Under the pieces are notes generated by a model that worked only from the letters and a program-made list of their open reading frames with translations, was not told the DNA's origin and searched no databases. This document shows positions 1 to 11,120 of a stretch of DNA of 64,000 bases, one piece after another. The number at the start of each line of letters is the position of its first letter. Positions within the stretch are counted from its first letter, which is position 1. Source of the DNA: Lama guanicoe (Eukaryota); the NCBI GenBank assembly GCA_013239625.1, contig MU054187.1:13548974-13612973 (forward strand). Reading direction: 5' to 3'. The position numbers and the translations under genes are program-made.

Positions 1-271
1 GATTTTCATGCATGCAAGGATTAAGTGCAGGAATCTAAATTACTGTGGCCTTCCAGTTGATGGCCAGTTCCCATCCCTTGTGTCCTTAGATAATGGAGCT
101 AGAACCATATTGAAGGATCAGCATGTAACTCACTTGGTCAGTAATCTAGAACAGCTGCCTACTCTCCTCTGGGAATGAACAATTCCTCCTCTTTTGCCTA
201 CTGGGATCCTACACCAGGCCAGGGCAGGACAGGTTCACTTCCTTATCGTTCTCTGCACGCAGGAAGGGCTA

Positions 272-372
272 GTATTATTGTGCACTTAGTGCCAGAGATC
301 AGGACACAGAGGTTACATCATTTGCCCAAAGGCACACAGTAAGGGGCAGAGTTAGACTTTGAATAGCAGGTG
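272..372 (-). mobile_element. MIR SINE fragment
   Basis: cacagaggttacatcatttgcccaaaggcacacag...ggcagagttagactttgaa resembles the reverse MIR core. Confidence 0.6.
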
Positions 373-2209
373 CATGGAATACGGATTTTGGCTGACTGAT
401 GAATGTCAAAAACCAGCCTACAGCAGAAACTGAAGCTGAGGTCAAAATCACCACCCTAGAATGAACTGTGTGATACAGGAAGATACTAAAGCATAAGAAC
501 TGACTTTGAAGAGCAGACTCAGTAAGTTCTGGGCATAGTTGACAGCTGTCATTGGCCTGTAAAGGTGTAATTCCAAACAGATGTTCATTTCCACTGATGT
601 CAGGAGGAGCAAGAACTTTCTAGAATATCTTATTTTTCTCTAACTCTTTTCCTTCAGGCTTTTTATATTCTTTATTATGACTGCACTGAAGTTGATTTGT
701 CATGGATGACATCAGGTTTCTTCCTTGTGAAATTCTGAGGTGACTATTGACATTCTGATTTTGATTCATTCTTACAAGATATGAAACCTTCCCAAATAGA
801 ACTTTTTCTTGAAAACCTCATGGCCTAAATAGAATAAACTTGCCAAAAATTAAACAAATCTTTAAAAATCATTTTATTTAAGGTTATTCATGTTACTATA
901 GCAACCAAAACTTCACAAAAGCCTTCAGGTCATAAACTTTCTTCCGTTACCCAGCCTTTCATTATTATTTAAATTTTAATATATGTTTTGGATCAAAAGT
1001 ATATTCTGGTATCCCTAAAATTAATAATGCATCCTCTCTTAATATCTATATTAACTGACAACCTAGTTCCCTATTAAACTACTTAAAAATTCTAAATATC
1101 CATTTCCATACAGAAAATTAAGAATTTTCAAAATCAATATAGTCATATTTAATTATACTTCAACTGATTGACAAGATTTTTATCCAAAATTGCTTCTAGA
1201 ATTCTTGCCTATATTTTAAAGTGAATATTTAGGTATTATCAATAAATATGAATGACTCATTTTATTCCTAACATTTTTACATTGTTTAGCTGTGATGGTA
1301 TCATTGATCACATACCAGTTCAGAGACCCCAGAAATGGCATCAAATCAGGTATTCTGATATTTGGTAGATCACGTTTAAAGAAGCTAATTCTGACTAAGC
1401 CCTTTAAAATGGAGCTATCAAATACGTCTGTTTTAGGTTGCCTTAGTGAAATACATACAAGCAGCAATGGGGCAAAAAGACAGAAATACAATGAGAGAAA
1501 TAACAAAGAGAGATTATAACTATGAGGAATTATAGCAAATGAAAGATCAAATGCTAAAGTATTAAGTCTCTTGAAAGAAAGTCATTGGAAAAGGTTAAAG
1601 GCATCGGTCAGATGGTTCTTCTTCCACATTTCTCATCTCGTAAGGTTTCTGCTATCCTTCAATTCTGTCCGTATTCCTGAGTCAGTGTGTGTGTGCTGGA
1701 GAAAATATTATACTCCATGTCTTCTTAACTAGGAAACCCTTAGAATTCGGTAATAAGATAAAATGTATAAATCCTTCCATCTACAAGCTCTACCATAGCT
1801 TTTAAAAGCCTTAAGTAACATAAGCACTTCCACTTGACTTAGGCAGTAAAACTAAATAGAAACAATTAAACAAAAATATGAAGAAAAATAAGTTTGAGAC
1901 TTTGTGCTGCAGAAACCCCTCACTAATATCTCTAGAAAACAAAAACCGCATCAGGAAACAAGGAAGTAGTTCTGGCGTGATTTTCGAAATTTAAAAATTT
2001 CTTCCTGTCACTTAATATTAATTCAAAGACACTATCCTAGTGCTTGATGTTCTCCTATGACCTCAGTTCTTTTTATTAAGTCAAAAGACCATGGTTAATA
2101 TACTAATATTAAGGAGGAGAAAAAAGTCAATGTTTAATTTGGATGTGCAGGTACACTCGCCTTGGGAGGCCGGGTTTGTTGCTGTATGTGATTACTACTC
2201 ACGCCTGAC

Positions 2210-2700
2210 TCACACATGATTGAAAACAGTGTCAATCCATGCGACCTGTTTAGAGGGCAACTTGGCAAATTCTACTCTTGATCCTGCTAAGACTTTAACA
2301 TACATACATACTCACTAAGGCACCAGTGGACAGACAGACGAAGCCACATCTACATTCAGAGACACTCAGTCTCATGTGTAATAGCAAAACAAAACAAAAT
2401 AAACACCACCTAAGTGTCCAGGTTGCAGGACTGGTTAAATAAAGCATGACACATTTATACAAGGGAATACTATAAAGCTGCTAAAAAGAGTGAGGTGTAT
2501 CTCCAGGTGCTGATTTAAAAAGTATTCTAAAATATATTCATGAGTAAATCCCTGTGCAAATGTCATACTTTGTTAACTAAAAAGATGTATCAACGTGTGT
2601 GTATTTGTATAAGCACTTTTTCCCTCCTGGAAAACACATAAGGAAATGTTAACGTGGTTCCACCGCCTTAAGAGATTTGTGGTGGGAATTAGAGAGACAC
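2210..2700 (+). mobile_element. Ancient L1 (L1ME-type) 3' end
   Basis: aatagcaaaac...cacctaagtgtcca...gactggttaaataaa...ggaatactataaagctgctaaaaagagtgagg is typical of a degraded L1ME 3' region. Confidence 0.7.
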
Positions 2701-3523
2701 TTTTAATTCTATTTTAACGTTTAGAAAGAGATCCTTCTATTGACAATGCGTGGAAATCCAGTGGCAAGTTTTCTGAGCATATGACGACCTCTGCCCTCAG
2801 ACTGCGCTATCAGGCGGCAGGGAGAGCTGGTGCTGCCTTTCAGTCAGAGTGACCCGGAACCGCAGAAGAAACAGAAGCCCCATCTTAGCCCTTAGGACCT
2901 CCTGCAGACCACCTACCCAGCCTCAGAGGTTTCCTCCCCCACAGTCCCTCCTGACTCCCTCACCCTCTGGAGGAATCCGCCTGTCCAGCCATTCCCTGAA
3001 ACGCTTCCCTGGCAGGTGCTGGTTTCTCTGTTCGTCTCAAGAGACAAGTATGCTTCTGAAGCCCCCAAACACCTCTTGAATAGCTATCCGACTACTAGAT
3101 ACAGCATCTCGTATTTGGTTCTAAATAACATCTGGGAAAAGGTCAAGCGAAAAGGCGCACGCTCCGAAACTGGCCTGATTTTAGGTAGTTGCCTGATTCT
3201 GCCAAACGCCAAGGGTCGTTTGGGGGTAGGTGTCCCCAGACTGCAGCTGCCCATCACGAGCAAGAACTGGTTGACAGCAAGCAAGCAGAAAGAAGGGACG
3301 AAGCAGGCACCGGGTGGGCACCTTAATAACGCGGTCGCTCGAGCTCCCCGCATCCTGAGCGGGGCCGGTCTTGGACCACACACGCACCCGGAAGCAAGCA
3401 GCCCGGGCTTCCCAGCCCGGGGCTGCCCGCTAGGAAACCTCGACTCGAGGAGGGCAAAGTTATGAAGAGCCGACCCCCCGCCTGGACTTCGGAGCCCGTC
3501 CCGACCACCGATGGCCCGGGTAC

Positions 3524-3634
3524 CTTAAAAGAGTCCTTGGAGTCGTCCATGTCGTCCTCCACTCCCTGGTAGACGACGCCCTGGGGCTCCTTCTTCTCCC
3601 CCGGGCGCAGCATCTTCCTCAGGCTGCGCTTCAT
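3524..3634 (-). CDS. TRPA1: TRPA1 (transient receptor potential ankyrin 1) coding exon 1, 37 codons
   Basis: Minus-strand translation from ATG at 3634 gives MKRSLRKMLRPGEKKEPQGVVYQGVEDDMDDSKDSFK. This closely matches the human TRPA1 N-terminus as I recall it (MKRSLRKMWRPGEKKEPQGVVYEDVPDDTEDFKESLK). Similarity ends exactly at AAG|GTACCC (GT donor at 3523-3522, phase 0). The exon lies in a CpG island. Confidence 0.95.
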
Positions 3635-3896
3635 TGACCACACCCCGGACGCCACCTGTGGCAGCTGCTCCCCGCGGGCGCGGGCACCTGGGGCGAGAGA
3701 GCGCGGGCAGCGGTGAGCGGGCGCTGGGCGCGCGGGGCGCCGTGGGGTCGCGCGTGTCGCCGGGGTCCGGGTCGGAGTCCGGGTCGGAGTCCGGGTCGGA
3801 GTCCGCGTTTACGCCCCAAAACTCCGGGCTCTTCCGCGCCCGGCTGTCCTCGTGATAAGAAAAGCTTGCTTGGCGTGAGCCCGGGAGGATTTCTGA
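3635..3896 (-). other. TRPA1: Putative TRPA1 5' UTR
   Basis: No ATG on the minus strand between 3635 and ~3900. The stretches GCAGCTG...AGGTGGCGTCCGGGGTG.GGTCA-ATG and CAGAAATCCTCCCGGGCT resemble my recollection of the human TRPA1 leader. The TSS position is inferred. Confidence 0.55.
3765..3805. repeat. 12-bp tandem repeat (GTCCGGGTCGGA)x3.4
   Basis: Three exact units at 3765, 3777 and 3789 plus GTCCG. Confidence 0.95.
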
Positions 3897-6536
3897 CGGG
3901 AGTTCTCCCCGAACAGGCTACTTGCAGCGCGGGAAACAGGAGGGGCACAGGGAGGGGTGGGGACGCGGACATCGTGTCCACGGACGGCCAGGGGGCGGTG
4001 GCGCCGCGTCTACAACCCGGCTCGCCCCTTTGGGCCGAAAGCGCGGCTTGGCAGTCCTGGCTGCACTTGCAGCAGCGCACGCTCGAGTCCCCTAGGTCAC
4101 CTGAGTTGTGCTGTCAGTTGAGGAGGGGTCCGGTCAGGGTGGGTCCAGTGAATCTGGAATATTTTATAATAAAAATCCCAAGAGCCTCCACCCTGCCCCA
4201 CAATCAGAGAGAAAGGGAACGGGTGGGTAGGATGGCGAGGGAAAGGGAGAGAATACCTGGGTACACTGGCAAGATTTTTACTTAAAAAATGTATTTTTTC
4301 TAACTAATAGCCACTGTGCCTCAGTTTACCATGTCCGCATCATTGTAGAAGGCTCTTTGGTTTGGAAATAAGCTCTTTAGAAAAACTTCTCTTTCCAAAA
4401 GAAAAGGGAGAATGATTAAATCCTAACACTTGGTTGAGTGATTAGATGAAATCCCTTTGAACCTCTGGTCTCATTTCCTGTGCATTACAATACTAATCCC
4501 CTCAGGGGGCTGGCATTTCAGAATGGCTAATAAAATGACTGTTAGGTCAAACAAAAGTCATAACCGCTGGTGTCCACTTGTTTACCCTTGGCTTTGTTTG
4601 AAGAGCTTATCCTCAGGGGCCTGCACTGAGTTTATTCATCAGCAACATAGGTGTAAGTTGTGGAGTGGACGATATGTACTCTCCATGAGAGAGGCTAGTT
4701 CCACATTTACCAGACGATGGAGCCTCTGAAGCTGTTCCCACTATGATTCTCCCACAAGGTTAGAAAGCAAAAAAAAACTTCCTTCCAAAGCTGATTACTC
4801 TTTGCACAGGCTAGAATTTAGCTTTGACAGCCTTTTGTTTGAACACTCTGTGTGCTGCTCTAAGACCCTGCATTGTCATAGTCACCTGGTGGTCCCCAGC
4901 ATCCACCACAAGAGCTGCGTGGGTCCAGGACCCTGCAGAGAGCAGGCACTAAGTAGAGGTTTGTAGACTGCCTGCCCTACACTGGGCTTCAGGACGTGTA
5001 AAGTAGCACAATGATATTGTGGAACTATGGGAAGTTTCCCTCTAAATCTTCCAATAGTTAACGGCAGGCTGCCATCGGTTCTACCCTTTGAATGGAATTC
5101 TTTGGAAGGATACTATTAAGGAAGTTATCACTGGTCATCAACCTGTGAATGTGGACTTTTGAGAGACTGGTGAAGGGACGTAGTATTCAACTTCAACACC
5201 TGCACAGTTTTCCCATCAGCGTCTGTATTCAGGGAGTACAGAACAGGGATCAGTTTTACACCTTGTTGTTATTTGGCTGAAGTATGTAATGTATTTGGGA
5301 AAACCAATAAAGACAAAAATCAGAGGAAGGGAAAAGAGAATAACCTTGAGTCACTGCTGTCTGCTTGGCATTTTACATACATCAGGCCTTCATTTTAAAA
5401 AAGAAATGCCTCATAGGACTAGTAAGACTTTTCATTTATAGTTGTCAATTTCATCAATCAATTGCTTTTCTCCTCTTAGATGGAAGGGGTCACTAAGACA
5501 AAAAAAATAAAATAAAGAGGAGTCTGTTTCAGGGGTCATTTTGGAAGCTGGGCAGAGGGCATGCCATGGTGGTAAGCATCAGTTGGCTGTGCTGGCCTTA
5601 GCGGGGAATGTGGGCCCAGGGATCTCCAGCATTAGTGGGGGTGCTGGCAGGAGGGTCACAGGAAGGCAACTCTCCTCCTTAGTATTAGTCACTGGCTTTG
5701 GCTGCCAGCCCAGCATCTCTCCAGAATGATACCCTCTGCATTCTTGCTTCTGTGCCCCATTTTCATCCCCCAAATCATGTATTCTTTTTAATTTGTCCTC
5801 TCGTGTTTTAAGACTGAAAAATAGAGACGGCTGGTATTAGAGGTATCCCCCCACCACACACACACACTTTCTACTTATGAAAGCAAAGAGATTGAAATAT
5901 TATTTAATTTTTCCTTTTATCTTTGTCTGGACTTGTCCATGTCAGGCACTTTTCAGGCAGTAGCCTCCTGTGACCTCTCAGGAATTCCCATCAGTGTTCC
6001 TTATTAATAGTTAAATTATTTCCTACCCATCAAAAGCATCTTTTTCTCAGGACTTCCTTTTAAAAATGACTGCAACTCACTTTAAAATGCATAGTGTAGA
6101 CAGGAATAAGATGGTATCTAGTGATTTACAATCAATATCTCATTCCCTTTGAAGTTTAATTATCGATGGATGGTAATAAAATGCAATATTTTTATACCAA
6201 CTTTAATTTCAAAATAGGGATACTCATTAGAGAAAATAATCTTTAGTGGAAATTTCCAAAGGTAATTTTTATTATCAAATTACCTTTTGATATTACACAG
6301 GACTTTAAAACAATGAAAAATAATTACAAAGAGGATTTTATTTAAATTCTCAGGGAAAATAAATATAGTTATATACATATATCAGCTCAGTAACTTTTTA
6401 CAAAGAAATCTGGATTATCAAAACGTATCTTTAGTTATCTTCTTACATTTAAACATTGTTTCTGAGTATTTGTTCACAAATAATTACAAAACATTTTTTA
6501 AAAGCATCATTAATTCCCCTCCCACCACTGGCTTAT

Positions 6537-6708
6537 GATAAATAAGTTCAGACTGTATAGCACAGGGAACTATATTCAATATCTTGTAGTAACTTACAGT
6601 GATAAAGAATATAAAAACAAATATATGTTTATGTATGACTGAAGTATTATGCTGTTCACCAGAAATTGACACAGCATTGTAAATTGACTATACTACAATT
6701 TAAAAAAA
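6537..6708 (+). mobile_element. 5'-truncated cetartiodactyl/camelid L1 3' end
   Basis: ctgtatagcacagggaactatattcaatatcttgtagtaac...acagcattgtaaattgactatact followed by an A-rich tail. Confidence 0.85.
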
Positions 6709-7253
6709 CATATATACAAGAAAATAAAGTACATCTGAGAAAAATACATAATTAATTCCAAATATATTAGTAGTAGAACCTATAACGGAAGGCAGAACTG
6801 GTTACTTTACCAAAAGTGTGTAACTCAATAATATGATGAAAAGGGATCAAATAGACCCACTAAGGAGCAGAAAAATTGTGTTGCATCTTTTAAAAATCAT
6901 ATCATAAAATTCACTCATGGTAAGGGTATGGTTTGATGATTTTTAGTACATTTATACAATTTTACAACTATCTCCACAATCTAGTTTTGGAAAACTTCCA
7001 TCAATTCAAAAACTTTACTTATGCCCAAATGCAGTCAATCCTTTCTTCTACCCTCAGCCCCAAGCAACCTTTAATTTGTTCTCTGTATAATTTTGTCTTT
7101 TCTAGAAATTTCAGATATTTGGAGTCATACAGTATACAGTCTTTTGTGTCTGATTTCTTGCTTAGCATAACACTTGAGAATAATCCATGTTGGAGTGTGA
7201 ATCAGTAGTTCCTTCCTTTTTATTGTTCAGTAGTATTCTGTTATATGAATGCA

Positions 7254-7598
7254 CAGCATTCTATATCTGTGCACTCAGCATCCCCAGATTCAACCAACCC
7301 CAGATCAAAATAATTTTTAAAAAACAATTCCAGAAAGTTCCAAAAAGAAAAACTTGAATTTGCTGTGCACTGGCAACTCTTCACATAACACTAACATCAT
7401 ATTTACAACTATGTACATAGCATTTACTTCATATTAGCTATTATAAATAATCTAGAGATGATTTAAAGTATGTTGGAGGATGTTTGTTGGTTATGTAAAA
7501 ATACTGTCTCATTTTATGTAAGGGACTTGAGCATGTGTGGATTTTGATATCTGTGGGGATCCTGGAGCCAGTCTTCTGCAGATACCGAGGAATGACTA
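7254..7598 (-). mobile_element. MER2-family (TcMar-Tigger) DNA transposon nested in the L1
   Basis: aataatctagagatgatttaaagta...aagggacttgagcat...gataccgaggaatgacta|TA matches reverse MER2/MER2B, including the terminal repeat. L1 sequence resumes on both sides. Confidence 0.85.
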
Positions 7599-10500
7599 TA
7601 GCTTATTTTCTTCATTCATTTACCAGTTGATGGACATTTGGATTATTTCTAATTTTTGTCTATCATAAATAATGCTATAACTTTTTCATACATATCTTTT
7701 TGTGGACATATATTTTCATTTCTCTTGGTTAAATGCCTAGTAGTGAATTGCTGAGTCATATGCTACACATGTGTTTAGCTTTGTATGAAACTGCCAAACT
7801 GTTTTCCAAAGTGGCTGTGCCATATTACATGCCCACCAGCACCATATGAGAATTCCAGTTTCTCCATTTTCTCACCAAAACTTGTATCAGCAGTCTTTTT
7901 GATTATAGGCATTCTAGTGGATTTATAGTGTTATCTCATCCTGGTTTTAATTAGCATTTCCCTAATGACTAATGATATTGTCCAAGCTTTCCATTCCTTA
8001 TTAGCCATTCATAAGTCTTTTTAATGAGATGTTTATTAAATTATTTACCTCTTTTTAAATTCAATTATTTGTCTTATTATTGAGCTGTAAGAGCTCTTTA
8101 TTCTGGATACAAGACTTATCAGATAAGTGACTTGCAAATATTGTCTTAGACTCTGTGGCTTCTCTTTTTTTCTTAATGGTGTATTGAAAAGCAATTTTTA
8201 AAAAAATTTTATAAAAATCTAATTTGTTCATTTTTAGGGATTGTGCTGTGTGTGTCATATATAAAAATGTTTGCCTGCTAAGATTAAAAAGATTCTCTTC
8301 AATATTTTCTTCCAGAAGGTTTATGGTGTTAGCTTTTACAAAGATTTATTTTGAGTTAATTTTTGCATATAGTGTGAGGTAGGGTTCTAAGTTCATATGG
8401 TTATCCAGTTATTACCACTTGTTGAAAAAAACTATACTTTCTTCGTTGAATTGCCTTGGAACCACTGTCAAAACTCAATTGACCAGAAATACCTGGGTTT
8501 GTTTCTAGACTCCTTATTCTGTTTTATTGATAGATATATCTGAGTTTAAGCCAATACCATACCATCTTGATTTTGTAGCTTCATGATAAATTTTGAACTC
8601 AGATCATTTAAGTCCTCCAAATTTGTTCTTTTTTTTTTCTAAATTGTTTTAGCTATTCTGAGTCTCTTGTTCTATAAATTTTAGGATCAACTTGTCAATT
8701 TCCATGGAAAAGCATGCTAGGATTTTGATAGGAATTGCATTGAGTCTATAGATCAGTTTGGTGAGAAGTGCCATCTTAATAGTAAGTCTTCTAATCCATA
8801 AATATGGTACTTTTTTTCCATTTATACAGATCTTTCTTGATTTCTGTCAGCAGTATTTTTTAGTTTTTAATGTACAGGTCGCACATCTTTCTTGTAAACT
8901 GTATTCCTAGGTATTTTATTACTTTTAAGATATTTTGAATGGAATTGTTTTCCTAATTTCACTTTCAGATTGTCTATTGCTAATATATAGAAATACAGTT
9001 GATTTTTTATATTGCTCTTGTTCCCACAAGAGCTAACCTTGCTAATCTTGCTTATTAACTTTAATAGTTTTTTTTATAGGTTCCTTAGAAATGTATACAT
9101 ATAAGATCATGTCTTACGCTATGAAGACAGTTGCTTCTTTCTTTCCTAACTATATGTCTTCAGCTTTTCTTTTTCCATTTTAGTGCACTGGTTAGAAGCT
9201 CCAGGACACTGTTGAATAGAAATCCAGAGAATGGACATCCTTGTCTTGTTCCCAATCTTAGGGGGAAAGCATTCTTTTTCACCATTAAGTATGATGTTAA
9301 TAATAGTATTCTCTTGATTGTTTATCATCAGGTTGAGGAACATCTACTTTATACCTACTTTGTTGAGATCTTTTTATAAGTGAGTGTTCAATTTTGTCTG
9401 ATACTTTCTCTACTAGTTGAGATGATTATGTACTTTTTCTCTTTATTCTATTATTTTATATTAATTGATTTTCTAATATTAAAGCAACCTTTAATATATT
9501 GCTGGATTCAATTTACTAATAGTTTGTTAAAGAATTTAATGTTATGTTTATGAAGAATATGGGTCTATAGTTTTTTGTGTTTGTGTGATGTCTATGTATG
9601 GCTTTGGTATTGGTGTAATAGTGGCCTCACTGAAGGAATTGAGAAATGTGCCCTTCTCCCTTCTAAGTAGTTTGTATATTATTGACATTATTTCTCTCAT
9701 GTTTGATAAAATTCACCAGCACAGCCTTTTGGGTCTGTCTGGGCATTTTTTGTTTTCTTTTTGGGAACGTATTTAATTGCTAATTCACTTTTCTTATCCT
9801 TTATAGATCTTTTTTTGATTTTATATTTTCACTTGAGTAAACTTCAGTGATTTGTGTCTTTCAAATGATTTGAGAAATTTGGCCATCTATGTTGTCTATT
9901 CATTACCATAAATTTGTTTATAAAATTCTCTTATAATCCTTTTAATTTTGGGGAAGGTATGTAATAATATCTCCCCTTCCTGATTTTAGTCACTTGTGTC
10001 ATCTGTCTTTTCTAGAAGAAGTTCATCAATTTTCTGGATCTTTTCAAGGAACCAACTTTTAATTTTATTGACAATCTCTATTTTTTTTTCTCTTTGGTTT
10101 TTCTTTCTAATCACTTTGGGTTTGATCTGCTCTTCTTTCTCTACTTCCCTCATATGTAACCTGAAAGTTATTGATTTTAGGTCTTGTTTTCCTACTAATA
10201 TAAGCATTTAAAGCTACAGAATACTTTCTAAACACTGTGTTAGCTGCATCCCATAGATTTTGTTTCATTGTGTTTACATTTGTGGTTTGTTCTTTAATTC
10301 ACAAGTTATTTTTTGTAAGAAGTGTGTGTTTAACTTCTAATATTTTAGGTTTCCCCAAATTCCTTTCCTTTGTTGTTGACAATCGGTTGTGGTCAGAGAA
10401 CATACTTGGTATGATTTCAATCCATCTAAATTCAAGTGTAAACTTACTGAAACTTGTTTTATGGCTGGCATGTGGTCTCTCCTGGAAATTGTTTCAGGTA

Positions 10501-11001
10501 CACTTGAAAAGAAAGTGTATACTACTGTTGTGTGGTAAAGTTCTGTATATTTTATTAGGTCCAGTTGGTTAATAGTGTTCAACTCTTCTATATTGTTAAT
10601 GATTTTCTATCTAGCCTTCTATCAGTTGCTGAGAGAAGAGTATTAAAATCTCCAAAGATAACTGCTAAGTTGTCGATTTATTCTCTCAGTTTTGCTCAGG
10701 ATTTACTTCATTTTGAGTGGATGTCTGTTCTTTGGTGTACACATATTTGTAATTATTGCTATTCTGTCATACTTTCCCTCTTATTATTATGAAATGTATG
10801 TCATTGTTTTAAGTAATGTTTCTTGTGTTAAAATCTATTTTGTCTGAGATAGCTACTCCAGATCAATTATGTTTGTTGTTTACATGGTAGAACTTTTTCC
10901 ATCCTTTTACTTTTAACCTATTTGTGTCTTTAAAGTATTTCTTATACACAACATAGAGTTAGATCTTGCTTTTTTATCCAACTCGATAGTCTCTGCCTTT
11001 T

Positions 11002-11120
11002 TTGGGGGGGGTAATTAGATTTCTTTATTTACTTATTTATTTTAATGGAAGTACTGGAGATTGAATCCAAGATCTCGTGCTAGCTAAGCATACACTCTGC
11101 CACTGAGCTATATCCTCCCC
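11002..11120 (-). mobile_element. Camelid tRNA-derived SINE (Vic-1-like)
   Basis: Minus strand reads GGGGAGGATATAGCTCAGTGGCAGAG...GGATTCAATCTCCAGTACTTCCATTAAAATAAAT...CTAATTACCCC-polyA, with Pol III A and B boxes. Flanked by TSD GTCTCTGCCTTTT (10989-11001 / 11123-11135). Confidence 0.9.

Larger units (their letters stand above)
1..3523 (-). other. TRPA1: TRPA1 intron 1 (partial; continues beyond window start)
   Basis: Begins at the GT donor after exon 1. No exon-2-like sequence (VVFEGS...LHYAAAEG) was recognised between 1 and 3523. Confidence 0.8.
3280..4090. promoter_or_regulatory. TRPA1: CpG island / TRPA1 promoter and first exon
   Basis: Very GC- and CpG-dense segment in an otherwise CpG-poor window. 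It spans the start codon and contains GC-box-like GGGGCGGTG at ~3992-4000. Confidence 0.9.

Noticed and set aside
3841..3861. Possible REST/RE1 site in the TRPA1 leader (GGACAGC half-site)
   Set aside because: The left half (TCAGCACC) is poorly matched and the spacing is wrong.
2849..4285. Several long overlapping ORFs (149-190 aa) on both strands around the CpG island
   Set aside because: Low-complexity G/P/R/A-rich translations are expected from GC-rich DNA. Only the 37-codon TRPA1 segment resembles a known protein.
8061..10792. ORFs with reverse-transcriptase/endonuclease-like peptides
   Set aside because: Fragments of a dead L1 ORF2 with many stops and frameshifts, not a functional gene.
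11040..11120. tRNA-like sequence with A and B boxes (also 56450-56521)
   Set aside because: These are SINE heads with A-rich tails and TSDs, not tRNA genes. The cloverleaf is disrupted.
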